This document shows, piece by piece, positions 1 through 9,326 of a stretch of 64,000 nt of DNA. Every line of letters begins with the position of its first letter. Positions within the stretch are counted from its first letter, which is position 1. The stretch lies in the NCBI GenBank assembly GCA_963668315.1, contig OY764216.1, positions 3,744,001-3,808,000 on the forward strand, read 5' to 3'. Made by a program: the position numbers and the translations under genes. The notes beneath the pieces were generated by a model. The model ran no database searches. It saw only the letters and a program-made list of their open reading frames with translations, and had not been told where the DNA came from. The stretch comes from Spirochaetia bacterium (GTDB lineage Bacteria > Spirochaetota > Spirochaetia > DSM-2461).

Positions 1-2
1 TA

Positions 3-1976
3 TTCGAACACCTGACGGAAGCTGATCAGAAAATCATCATTGACAGAAAGATCAAATTCTACAACATCGACGCTCTGGCCATCGCCGAGAAAGTCGGTCT
101 GGGTAAGAGAATCAACACGGTTATGCAGGCTGCTTTCTTCAAGATCTCCGGCGTTCTTCCCGAAGATGAAGCTATCGGCTACATGAAAGAAGCTGCCAAG
201 AAGTCCTTCATCAAGAAGGGTGAGGACATCGTAAAGCAGAACTGGAACGCTATCGACAGCGCTGCCGCCGGTATCGAGAAAGTGGAAGTTCCCGCTTCTC
301 TCCCCGGAAAATCCATGGTTGCTCCCAAGCTTATTCCCGACGATGCCGACGATTTCGCCAAGAACATCATCGAGAAGTCCATGCTCCTGAAGGGTGATGA
401 CATTCCCGTATCACACATGTCTTACGACGGTGTTCTCCCCACGGGTACCAGCAAGCTGGAAAAGCGCGGTGTTGCCCCCCAGGTTCCCCAGTGGGTTTCC
501 GACAACTGTATTCAGTGTAACCAGTGTGTACAGAGCTGTCCCCATGCCGCAATCAGAGCCAAAATGATCGAACCCTCCGAAATGGACAAAGCTCCTGCAA
601 CTTTCGGAGCCATCGATTACAAGGCGTCTAAAGACAAGCCCCTCAAATACAAGATCCAGGTTTTCATCGAAGACTGTCAGGGATGTGGTGTTTGTGTAGA
701 GACCTGTCCTTCCAAGACGAAAGCTCTTGTATGGTCCAACCTTGAGGCCGAAAGAGCCGCCGGTCAGAATGCCAACGAAGAGTTTTTCGAAACCCTCCCC
801 TACGGTATTCTTGATGACAAAACCAAGGAAAGCACCGTTAAGGGTATGCAGTTCAAACAGCCCCTCTTCGAGTTCTCCGGAGCTTGTGCCGGTTGTGGTG
901 AAACTCCCTACGTCAAACTGGTTTCCCAGATCTGTGGTGACAGAATGGTAGCCGCCAACGCTACCGGATGTTCTTCCATCTACGGCGGAACCTTCCCCAC
1001 GATCCCCTACTGCAAAAACAGCGAAGGCCGTGGTCCTGCCTGGGGTAACTCCCTCTTCGAGGACAACGCCGAGTACGGTTTCGGTATGAGACTGGCTGTA
1101 GACAGCAACAGAACCCTTCTTAAAAAGAAAGTGGAAGCTGTTCTGGCTGCCGGAACCACTCCCGAACTGACTGCCGCCTTTAAGAAGGGTCTGGAAATCT
1201 TTGACAATACCGATCAGGAAGCCAAAGATCATCAGCTCAAGATTGCCGGACTTCTTCCCGCCGCCGTTAGCGCCGCTTCCGGTGAAACGAAAGAAGCTCT
1301 GGACAAGATTGTCGAGCTGAAAGACTACTTTGTCGATAAGTCCGTCTGGATCATCGGTGGTGACGGTTGGGCATACGACATCGGATACGGCGGTGTTGAC
1401 CACGTAGTAGCTATGAACAAGAATGTTAACATTCTGGTTGTAGATACCGAGGTTTACTCCAACACCGGTGGACAGGCTTCCAAAGCGACTCCCATTGCGG
1501 CTGTTGCCAAGTTTGCCAACTCCGGTATGAAGCTGACCAAGAAGAAAATGGGCTTTATGTGTATGAGCTACGGCTATGTATACGTAGGTTCCATCGCCAT
1601 GGGTGCCAACAGACAGCAGGCTCAGGCCGTTCTCCAGGAAGCTGAAGCTTACGACGGACCTTCCATCGTATTTGCCTACGCTCCCTGTATCAACCACGGA
1701 ATCAACATGATGAAGTCCCAGGTTGAAGAGAAGAGAGCTGTAGAAGCCGGTTACTGGCCCCTCTACCGTTTCGACCCGACCAAACCGGAAGGCGAGAAAT
1801 TCAAGTGGGAATGCAAAGATCCCACCGGCGACTTCCAGGAGTTCATCAGAAGCGAGAGACGGTATACCGCTCTGCAGAAGACGAACCCCGCTGAAGCGGA
1901 AAGTCTGTTCAAGGCAGCCGAAGAGGATGCCGCCAAGCAGATGGCCTTCTACAAGAAGATCGGCGAAATTATGTAA
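3..1976 (+). CDS. nifJ: Pyruvate:ferredoxin (flavodoxin) oxidoreductase, 5'-truncated by the window edge
   Basis: Frame is open from position 3 (FEHLTEADQKIII...). Two ferredoxin motifs (CIQCNQCVQSCP, CQGCGVCVETCP), FEFSGACAGCGETPY and the TPP-binding GGDGWAYDIG motif. Confidence 0.97.
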   Translation, partial: FEHLTEADQKIIIDRKIKFYNIDALAIAEKVGLGKRINTVMQAAFFKISGVLPEDEAIGYMKEAAKKSFIKKGEDIVKQNWNAIDSAAAGIEKVEVPASLPGKSMVAPKLIPDDADDFAKNIIEKSMLLKGDDIPVSHMSYDGVLPTGTSKLEKRGVAPQVPQWVSDNCIQCNQCVQSCPHAAIRAKMIEPSEMDKAPATFGAIDYKASKDKPLKYKIQVFIEDCQGCGVCVETCPSKTKALVWSNLEAERAAGQNANEEFFETLPYGILDDKTKESTVKGMQFKQPLFEFSGACAGCGETPYVKLVSQICGDRMVAANATGCSSIYGGTFPTIPYCKNSEGRGPAWGNSLFEDNAEYGFGMRLAVDSNRTLLKKKVEAVLAAGTTPELTAAFKKGLEIFDNTDQEAKDHQLKIAGLLPAAVSAASGETKEALDKIVELKDYFVDKSVWIIGGDGWAYDIGYGGVDHVVAMNKNVNILVVDTEVYSNTGGQASKATPIAAVAKFANSGMKLTKKKMGFMCMSYGYVYVGSIAMGANRQQAQAVLQEAEAYDGPSIVFAYAPCINHGINMMKSQVEEKRAVEAGYWPLYRFDPTKPEGEKFKWECKDPTGDFQEFIRSERRYTALQKTNPAEAESLFKAAEEDAAKQMAFYKKIGEIM

Positions 1977-2046
1977 GCTGACGGGCTTTTCCTGGTATCA
2001 TTCGGGATTAGCCTCGGCGGCGTAAGCTGCTGAGTTTATATAGAAG

Positions 2047-2083
2047 AAGGGTCTGCTCCTCAGGGAGCGGGCCCTTTTTTTTT
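2047..2083 (+). terminator. Rho-independent terminator after PFOR
   Basis: Stem AAGGGTCTGCTCC / GGAGCGGGCCCTT (with G-U pairs), 4-nt loop, T-tract to 2083. Confidence 0.9.
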
Positions 2084-2168
2084 AACCGTTACGAAATTAA
2101 CCTGGCCGACCACTATAAATTCGGTTTTGGTTCTGGTAATGCATTCCTTGTTCTGATATCTTTTCTCT

Positions 2169-3224
2169 ATGAATTCTGACTACTTACAAAACGAATCGGG
2201 CTATCGAACGGGCTTTATCTTTCTTTCACCATCAGAGGGGATTATTCATAAGGAGACTTTGGGTATTCAGGAATGGATAAGCCCTGTGGTCGATTCGGAA
2301 TTTCCCCTCCATGAATGCACCGTAAGCTGGAATATTACCGGAGGCCATAACGGCTGGTCTGAAATATACCTGAGAGGGGCGAAGGGCGAGGGAGAATGGA
2401 CGCTCTGGTATCCGCTGGCTTTCTGGTCCCCTACCGGATCCTATGTCGGACGTTTTTCCTTTACCGGAATGGAAGATGAAAAAGGCCGGGTAAAACCTGA
2501 CTATCTTGTATTCAGGGAACCGGTTGATAAACTGCAGCTGAAAATCAGACGGGGCTCCATGAAGGCTGGCGGTATCCCGTCTTTCAGGGGGGCATATCTA
2601 AGCTGGAGCACAGAACGTCCCGTATCATCGGACAATCTATCTCCTGTGGAGTACAAGCTCATCGATATTGAAGGCGTGCCTTCTCACTCGCAGATGGTCT
2701 ATCCCGACGGAGGTAATGTTTGGTGCAGTCCCACCTGCCTTTCCATGATTGTAAAATATTACCGGAATTCCCAAGCCTCACCGGAAGCCTGCGTCAGGGA
2801 AGCGGTGTCCGGATGCTGGGACCCGATTGAACAATGCCACGGGAATTGGAACTTTAACACTGCCTGGACATCCAGCCTGGGCTACCGTTCCTATATCAAG
2901 CGATTTACGCGCCTTAATCAGCTGGAGGACCTTCTTTCGCGAAAGGTCCCCGTACCTCTTAGCATCTCCTTTGACAATAACACGAAGAGACGATTAGATA
3001 ACGCTCCCATTGAAAGAACGAACGGCCATATCATATTATTGAAAGGTTTTGACGGAAAAGGCGGGGCCTTAGTCTTTGATCCGGCGGCTAGGTCAGATGC
3101 GGATGTGCCCGTCATCTATTCCTGCGCTCAGCTTGAAGCCCGCTGGCTCGAAGCCTCGGGAGGCTCCGCCTATATTATATTACCCGAAGGATTTTCACAG
3201 GAGTGTAACAAGCCGCCCCTATGA
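2169..3224 (+). CDS. Peptidase C39-like (papain-fold) protein with N-terminal beta domain
   Basis: VPSHSQM...WCSPTCLSMIV (oxyanion Gln, catalytic Cys), GHIILLKGFD (His), VFDPAA (Asp). Confidence 0.8.
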   Translation: MNSDYLQNESGYRTGFIFLSPSEGIIHKETLGIQEWISPVVDSEFPLHECTVSWNITGGHNGWSEIYLRGAKGEGEWTLWYPLAFWSPTGSYVGRFSFTGMEDEKGRVKPDYLVFREPVDKLQLKIRRGSMKAGGIPSFRGAYLSWSTERPVSSDNLSPVEYKLIDIEGVPSHSQMVYPDGGNVWCSPTCLSMIVKYYRNSQASPEACVREAVSGCWDPIEQCHGNWNFNTAWTSSLGYRSYIKRFTRLNQLEDLLSRKVPVPLSISFDNNTKRRLDNAPIERTNGHIILLKGFDGKGGALVFDPAARSDADVPVIYSCAQLEARWLEASGGSAYIILPEGFSQECNKPPL

Positions 3225-3665
3225 AAATTTCAGTCTCTCCGCCTCGACCATCCGATCGCATTCTTCGTTATACTGATTTCCCGCGTGACCTTTCACCCAG
3301 TTCCAGGAAGGCTTGATTTCGTCATCAAGCCCCTTCAGTTCCTGCCAGTATTCCTTGTTTTTGACCGGCTGTTTCGCTGCGGTGACCCAGCCCTTCTTAA
3401 TCCATCCGGCAACCCACTGGGTAATTCCCTTCTGCACATACTGGGAATCGGTATGTATCTCGATGCCCTTACGATCCATATTATTGGCCAGAATAAATTT
3501 AAGAGCCTGAATAACGGCCGTCAATTCCATCTTGTTATTTGTGGTGGATTCGTCTCCGCCCGAGAGGCGGTACTCCTTCTCTTCGGTAAGGATGACTGCC
3601 GCCCATCCACCCGGCCCGGGATTACCGGTACAACCGCCGTCTGTGTAGATTATCGTCTTGTTCAT
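3219..3665 (-). CDS. rnhA: Ribonuclease HI
   Basis: IYTDGGCTGNPGPGGW, TTNNKMEL, TDSQYV, WVKGHAGNQYNEECD. Confidence 0.97.
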   Translation of the reverse strand: MNKTIIYTDGGCTGNPGPGGWAAVILTEEKEYRLSGGDESTTNNKMELTAVIQALKFILANNMDRKGIEIHTDSQYVQKGITQWVAGWIKKGWVTAAKQPVKNKEYWQELKGLDDEIKPSWNWVKGHAGNQYNEECDRMVEAERLKFS

Positions 3666-3693
3666 GGGGGGGATTATAGACTATAATCGCTTC
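3666..3693. promoter_or_regulatory. Bidirectional promoter: back-to-back TATAAT -10 boxes in a palindrome, each 6-7 nt from an ATG
   Basis: GATTATAG-A-CTATAATC at 3672-3688. TATAAT on + at 3682-3687 and on - at 3673-3678. No SD possible in the 28-bp gap. Confidence 0.7.
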
Positions 3694-5397
3694 ATGAATC
3701 AATTGAAGCTTATTTTTCTCACCACCTTTTTTTCCCTATTCTTTATGTTTTCCCTTTCTGCTCAGTGGGATCAGGAATTGATACCCCTTGATGATGAAGT
3801 CTACGAATTAACTGAAATGATATACGGAGAAGCCGGACTTGTTATTCCCAATCTGGCGAAACCCTGGAGCCGAAACGAGTTGAACTATATTATAGAGCGT
3901 CTCCCCATGGGAAAACTCTCGCCCCTTTCACGAACGACCCTGGAAACAATCCGCTCTCTGAACAAGCCGGAATCCTCTTCCGATAAGGAGAACCTATCCT
4001 ATCGGATCAAACCGAATTTCGCCCTGGAATATTTTGATCATTGGGAATATCTCTCCATGGGCGATGTTCCCGACGCCTACCCTGCCGATTATACGGCCGA
4101 AGAAAGGCATAGTTTTCTTGAAATACCCTTTCAGCTCAGCTGTTTTGATACTCTGTATCTGGAGAGCCGTTTCAATTTTCGGGAATCTCCCGTCGTAGAT
4201 CTGGAAAAGAGCGAATCAAATTATTTAAACCTGCCCACTGAAGCTTATGATACGGACTTTATGTTTCCCCAAAGAGCCTATATCAATGCCGGAGGAGAAC
4301 AGTGGGATATATCACTGGGCCGCTTTTCCGAAAACTGGGGCAATGGCCGCACGGGGAATATGTATCTGTCCGACAACAGTGAATACATAGATCATTTACG
4401 GGCCAAGGGTTACTGGGATAAATTCTCCTTTACCTATATCTTCGCCTCCCTGGAACCCCGGGTGGATGATCTGACGGGAGACTATGACAAGGACAACTGG
4501 TCGGCCAGTAAATCCATGGTGGGACACCGCTTTGAATTCACCCCCTTTTCCAACTTTCGAATTTCCTTTATCGAAGGGCTGATTATGGGAGGGGAAGATT
4601 TTCAGGTAACCCTTTATCATCTTAATCCCATGATGCTCTACCATAACTGGTTCACCGGCGGTTACGGGAACTCCTACCATAGCCTTGAAGCCGATGTCAC
4701 CATACCCCATTTCCGCTTTTACGCCCAGGCCGGTCTGGACCAGTACCAGTCATCCGCCGAATCGGCCGAGTTTCCCGATGGAGCGAATGAGCCCTCCGCC
4801 TTCGGATGGCAGCTAGGATATGAGTCGACCCATTCCGGTGAAAAAGGTTATTTCAGAAGCGGATTTGAATTCGTCTATACCATGCCTTATCTTTATACTT
4901 ACAGTGGTTATTTCACCAGACCGACAAACGGACAGTTTATTTCAGCCGATACCAGTTATATCCTGGAAACTCCCCTGGGGTATTTTGAGGGGCCGGACAG
5001 CATTGTGTTTTCTCTTTACGGACAGTATGAAGTCCCCCGGGACTGGTCTCTCAAAGGAGAGATACGCTATTCCATCAACGGGGCCAACACGATAAAGACG
5101 TCCTACCCCTTCGGATCGGACGCTACGGACGAACTGGATTACACCACACCCACCGGCGTGACGGAGAGAGAATGGAAGTTTGCCCTTGACGGGGAGAAAA
5201 GACTGAATGAGAATCTACTGGCCGGAGCCGGACTGACCCTGCTCCTGAGGGATAACCCGGAAGATCTGCTGATTGACACGACGGGTGATGTAACAACTAT
5301 TGATCCTGACTCAGGTGAGCCATTAACTACATATAAACGCTACACGGGTACGCTTAACAGCCTGGAATGGAACTGTTATATATCCTACGAGTATTAG
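3694..5397 (+). CDS. Wzi-like (capsule assembly) outer-membrane beta-barrel protein, paralog 1
   Basis: Start moved to ATG 3694, which gives a signal peptide (MNQLKLIFL...SLSAQ). N-terminal helical cap (GLVIPNLAKPWSRNEL), GRFSENWGNGRTGNMYLSDN and GHRFEF resemble Wzi. C-terminal beta-signal CYISYEY. Confidence 0.6.
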   Translation: MNQLKLIFLTTFFSLFFMFSLSAQWDQELIPLDDEVYELTEMIYGEAGLVIPNLAKPWSRNELNYIIERLPMGKLSPLSRTTLETIRSLNKPESSSDKENLSYRIKPNFALEYFDHWEYLSMGDVPDAYPADYTAEERHSFLEIPFQLSCFDTLYLESRFNFRESPVVDLEKSESNYLNLPTEAYDTDFMFPQRAYINAGGEQWDISLGRFSENWGNGRTGNMYLSDNSEYIDHLRAKGYWDKFSFTYIFASLEPRVDDLTGDYDKDNWSASKSMVGHRFEFTPFSNFRISFIEGLIMGGEDFQVTLYHLNPMMLYHNWFTGGYGNSYHSLEADVTIPHFRFYAQAGLDQYQSSAESAEFPDGANEPSAFGWQLGYESTHSGEKGYFRSGFEFVYTMPYLYTYSGYFTRPTNGQFISADTSYILETPLGYFEGPDSIVFSLYGQYEVPRDWSLKGEIRYSINGANTIKTSYPFGSDATDELDYTTPTGVTEREWKFALDGEKRLNENLLAGAGLTLLLRDNPEDLLIDTTGDVTTIDPDSGEPLTTYKRYTGTLNSLEWNCYISYEY

Positions 5398-5404
5398 GAG
5401 TCCT

Positions 5405-6460
5405 ATGAAAAACATGATAACCCAAATCCGTCTTCTCATTCTGTTTTCGACCCTTTTGTATGGCGGTTGTACGACGGCATTAACCGATACTGCCATCGCT
5501 CGGAATAGACTCTCTTTTTCAAAAATGGATTTGCCGGCTTTCTCAAAGGAGAAAACAATATCTCTCTCCCGGGAGATGTATACTTCCGATAATACCGCTT
5601 ATCTTCAATCAGTCCTTGATTCCGATGCCGAGCTGATTATTATCCCTTCGTCTCCCGGTCCCTGGTATACGGGGCCTCTTTTTGTAAACAGGGATAACCT
5701 GACGATATGGTTTGAGCCGGAAGCCCGCCTGGAAGCAAAGGAAGGTCTCTTCGAGAACACAGGAGACTGCCTGATCACCATCACCGAAAGAAACCAGATC
5801 TCTCTCATCGGGCCCGGAGGAAATACCGGTTTATATATGAGAAAGCAAGACTACCAGAGTTCATCCTATAAACAGGGAGAATGGCGGCATTGCCTCTCCC
5901 TCAGGAGTACGGAGGATATTTTAGTACAGGGTCTTGTCCTGGCGGAATCGGGGGGGGACGGCATCTATATCGGACAATCCAAAAGGGAAGGAGCGAACAA
6001 TTATTGCTTGAACACCACGATTCGTGACTGCCGCATTCTCAATAATCACCGTCAGGGGATCAGTGTTATATCGGCGGAAAACCTCCTCCTGGAAAATACT
6101 CTCTGCTGGGGGACGAGCGGAACTCTCCCCAAGGCGGGAATCGATTTTGAGCCGAACCGGTCTACCGAGCGCTTTGTCAATTGCCGTGTGGTTAACTGCC
6201 GCTTTGAGGAGAATGCCGGACCGGGCATTCATATTTACCTGAAGAAACTAGACGATACATCAGTTCCTGTGGATATAACGTTAGAGGGTAATTACTGCCG
6301 GGGGAACCTTCTGGGAATCGGAATCAATCTGACTCAGCTGCAGAATAATCCCCCCGGGAAAGTAACTCTAATCAATAATGATTTCGGGAAAAGTCCCTTT
6401 AACAAGATTCCCCGGAACAGATCTATTGAGGTAATAGAGATAAAACAGCAAGATTCATAA
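5405..6460 (+). CDS. Right-handed parallel beta-helix (pectate-lyase-like) lipoprotein
   Basis: Lipobox LLYGGC. Beta-helix repeats ESGGDGIYIG, NNHRQGISVISAENLLLEN, AGIDFEPN, ENAGPGIHI. Confidence 0.75.
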   Translation: MKNMITQIRLLILFSTLLYGGCTTALTDTAIARNRLSFSKMDLPAFSKEKTISLSREMYTSDNTAYLQSVLDSDAELIIIPSSPGPWYTGPLFVNRDNLTIWFEPEARLEAKEGLFENTGDCLITITERNQISLIGPGGNTGLYMRKQDYQSSSYKQGEWRHCLSLRSTEDILVQGLVLAESGGDGIYIGQSKREGANNYCLNTTIRDCRILNNHRQGISVISAENLLLENTLCWGTSGTLPKAGIDFEPNRSTERFVNCRVVNCRFEENAGPGIHIYLKKLDDTSVPVDITLEGNYCRGNLLGIGINLTQLQNNPPGKVTLINNDFGKSPFNKIPRNRSIEVIEIKQQDS

Positions 6461-6489
6461 CTGTCAGAAAAAATAGAAAAATCAGGTAT

Positions 6490-7284
6490 TTATAGAAAAA
6501 CGAAATTATCTGAAAACCACTCCACGATTTTTTTCACACGCTTCCGAAAGAAACCTTGGATATTGACGGATATCCCGAATATTCTCTCCTGTTCCGGAGG
6601 ATCGCTGACAAGTACAGCCGTATAAATATAAAGTCCTTCATTACAAGGGATTAAAGCATAGGCCATAATATTCTCGTCCGGTTTGGCAACAGTGAAAAAA
6701 GCCATGACCGTTAGATTTGTTCTATTGGTCGTAGTAAGCAAAGTTCCCTCATCATAGAGCTCACAATGATAATCGAAATAATTCCCCCCGAAATTGACAT
6801 CCTTCTGATAGATAACAAGATCGGTGACACCTGGTACAGATTCAAATTCGAAATCATCCGTTTTTTTCTTACTCCCTTCTTCCCGGGCCGTAAAAGAATC
6901 TTCGATTAAAGTCAATTCTTTCTTACGTGATGAGGAATAGTAACGAAGTCCCTTCTGATCCGATACGTTGAGAAATTTATTCGTTACCTGTCTAATAAAA
7001 TCAGGATGAGACGAGATCCCTTCATCCATAGGGACAAGCATGACCATCTCGACCGTCATTTTAGGATTCAGTTCTCGATAGATTTCATCAATCTTACTTC
7101 CCAGAAAATGATCCGGAAGCCAGAGAAGCCCCTCCTCCCGGGTCGATTCTCTATGGCAGTCTCCCTGCTCTTCCAGCTTATCCAGGGAAGCCTGATCAAG
7201 AGCTTCGGCCAAAGTGGAAAAATCCGGCAGAGCATATAGGGAAAAACTCATGGCCATGATAATAAACAGGATAAATTTTTTCAT
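6490..7284 (-). CDS. Exported spirochaete-type conserved hypothetical protein (DUF6675-like)
   Basis: Signal peptide MKKFILFIIMAMSFSLYA. Motifs GLRYYSSSRKK and YQKDVNFGGNYF recalled from spirochaete DUF6675 proteins. 4-bp overlap with the upstream GT4. Confidence 0.5.
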   Translation of the reverse strand: MKKFILFIIMAMSFSLYALPDFSTLAEALDQASLDKLEEQGDCHRESTREEGLLWLPDHFLGSKIDEIYRELNPKMTVEMVMLVPMDEGISSHPDFIRQVTNKFLNVSDQKGLRYYSSSRKKELTLIEDSFTAREEGSKKKTDDFEFESVPGVTDLVIYQKDVNFGGNYFDYHCELYDEGTLLTTTNRTNLTVMAFFTVAKPDENIMAYALIPCNEGLYIYTAVLVSDPPEQERIFGISVNIQGFFRKRVKKIVEWFSDNFVFL

Positions 7285-8414
7285 TTGACAACATCCTCCT
7301 CAAGAAGATCTAAGGTATTTAGATAGCGACTAATAACGATTTTCTCATCAAATCTCTCTTCTGCCAATTTCCTTGATTCCCGGGACATTTTCTCTCTCTC
7401 TTCCGATTCAAGGGAGATAAAACTTCTCAGAGCCTTTTCCAGGCTCTCTATGGATTTCGGTTCCACCAGATAACCGTTCACTCCCTCGACCACGGTCTCC
7501 CGGCATCCGGGTGAATCGGCCGTTATCAGGGGGCGGCCCATAGCCATCCCTTCGAGAAGAGAACGGGGTGTCCCTTCCCTGTAATAGGAGGGAAGCACCA
7601 CACAGTCAGCCTTCCCGAGTAACTCGGGAACGTTGTCGGACCAGGGGATCCACTCAACCGTCCCGTCCTTTACCCAATGGTCAATTTCATCCTGGGTTAC
7701 AGAGGTCCTATTACCCGGATCGGGTTTTCCCAGAAGCTGAAAGGTTATAAGGGGATAATCTTTTCTGATACTCCGGGCTGCGGCGACATACTGGCAAACT
7801 CCCTTTTCCTTAAGAAGCCGGGCTGACATGATAAAGACGAGTCTGTCCTTAGCCCCCGGGAGAGCGGTATAGGGGAAAAGCTCGATATCAACACCGGAAC
7901 CGGGGAGAAGAGCCGTTTTTTCGGCGGGGACAAGCCGGGCCGCTTTGAACATATCCCAGTCATCGGGGTTTTGAAAGAAAATCCTATCCGCCTTTCCTTG
8001 GCTGAAGCGGTAAAGATTTTCCAGAATAAAACGGACCGGCCCCTTTTTGGCAAAAACGATTCCCAATCCGGCTATGTTATTAATAACTCCTATTTTTTTC
8101 TTCTTAGAAAGGGACGCGGCCGCAAGAGTACCCCATATGTTGGGCTTCGTGGTAAAGTGCAGTACATAATCGACATTCTCCTGCCGATAGATCTCCTGCA
8201 GCGCCTCTTTAAGCCTTAACTCTCCCAGCGGATTGATCCCCTTTCTGGATACCACAACGGGAATATGACGGACAGGAAGTTTTCCGGTATATTCATCGGC
8301 CGGAGAGACGGCGATAACGTCATATCCCTTTCCCTGCAGGGCGATCATGAGATTCCTTCGGAAATTATACAAACTCCAGCCGGTATTGCTGACTAGGGCA
8401 ATTTTTCTGTTCAA
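7281..8414 (-). CDS. GT4 glycosyltransferase (Cap1E/PglA-like)
   Basis: LYNFRRNL, FQNPDD, LPGSGVD, SYYREGTPRSLLEGMAMGRPLITADSPGCRE. Confidence 0.92.
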   Translation of the reverse strand: MNRKIALVSNTGWSLYNFRRNLMIALQGKGYDVIAVSPADEYTGKLPVRHIPVVVSRKGINPLGELRLKEALQEIYRQENVDYVLHFTTKPNIWGTLAAASLSKKKKIGVINNIAGLGIVFAKKGPVRFILENLYRFSQGKADRIFFQNPDDWDMFKAARLVPAEKTALLPGSGVDIELFPYTALPGAKDRLVFIMSARLLKEKGVCQYVAAARSIRKDYPLITFQLLGKPDPGNRTSVTQDEIDHWVKDGTVEWIPWSDNVPELLGKADCVVLPSYYREGTPRSLLEGMAMGRPLITADSPGCRETVVEGVNGYLVEPKSIESLEKALRSFISLESEEREKMSRESRKLAEERFDEKIVISRYLNTLDLLEEDVVK

Positions 8415-8423
8415 TAGGGCCTC

Positions 8424-9326
8424 TTATTTTTCAATTCGTTTATCAATCATATCGGCAATCATGCCCATGACTAATATTTGAACACTTGTAACAAAGAGAA
8501 TTGTCACCGTATCGACGGGAGTTTCACTAAAAAGATACCCCATCTTTCCCACGACATAAAAAATCACAGCTAGAAGGAACATGAACAGACTCATGGGAAC
8601 AAATACTTTCAGCGGATTGAAATAGAGAACCGTTCTGATAATAAGAGTTATAAAATTCAGAGTATCCCTGATAGGTTTGATCTTGGATTTACCTTCTCTC
8701 TTAAGATAATCAATAGGGATGTATTTTACTCGATAATTGTTCGTCATCATGGCAAGGGTAATCGTCGTGGTGAAGCTGAAACCGTCGCAGATGATGGGAA
8801 AGAATTTCATGGCGAGATCTTTCCTGAAGATTCTCAGACCCGAATTCAGATCCTCGATTTTATCATCCACGAGATAATTAGCCAGTGACGTGATAAACCA
8901 TTTTGCCGGTTTCGTTAGGGTGGGCAGTTTCTTGAACGATCGTTTTCCCACGACCATGTCATAACCCGCTTCATACTCTCCGAAAAGATCGGGAATGCGG
9001 TTATTGGGATAGGTGGCATCCGCATCGGTAATGCAGATATTGTCATACCGCGAAGAGCGGATACCGGTTTTAAGAGAAGCGCCGTAGCCCTTATTCACTT
9101 CGTGGGAGACGACTCTGAGGGTTTCTCCGTACTGGGGATTCTCCTTCAGGAAGCCTTCCAGTACTTCCAGAGAACCATCTTTGGAACCGTCATTAACGGT
9201 AATAATCTCATACTCGAGCTCGGAAGTATCCATTATATCTTTTACTTCCCTTACCGTATCGATAATAGCGTTCTTCTCGTTATATACGGGAATGATGATG
9301 GATAATTTTTTTTCTACTTTACTCAT
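8424..9326 (-). CDS. GT2 polyprenol-phosphate glycosyltransferase (DPM/GtrB-like)
   Basis: SIIIPVYNE, VNDGSKDGS, NKGYGASLKTG, TDADATY, REGKSKI, then two C-terminal TM helices. Confidence 0.88.
   Translation of the reverse strand: MSKVEKKLSIIIPVYNEKNAIIDTVREVKDIMDTSELEYEIITVNDGSKDGSLEVLEGFLKENPQYGETLRVVSHEVNKGYGASLKTGIRSSRYDNICITDADATYPNNRIPDLFGEYEAGYDMVVGKRSFKKLPTLTKPAKWFITSLANYLVDDKIEDLNSGLRIFRKDLAMKFFPIICDGFSFTTTITLAMMTNNYRVKYIPIDYLKREGKSKIKPIRDTLNFITLIIRTVLYFNPLKVFVPMSLFMFLLAVIFYVVGKMGYLFSETPVDTVTILFVTSVQILVMGMIADMIDKRIEK

Noticed and set aside
411..1697. 428-aa antisense ORF within PFOR (similar long shadows lie opposite argS, carB, carA, purM, lysC and the LCP gene)
   Set aside because: Mirror-frame ORFs expected from the codon bias of real genes; no motifs or RBS.
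3658..3693. Longer ORF-track starts (3658, 14374, 19589, 24575, 29947, 39572, 40615, 54423, 58548, 61767)
   Set aside because: They overlap neighbouring genes or promoters; downstream starts give proper signal peptides, SD sites or stop-start coupling.
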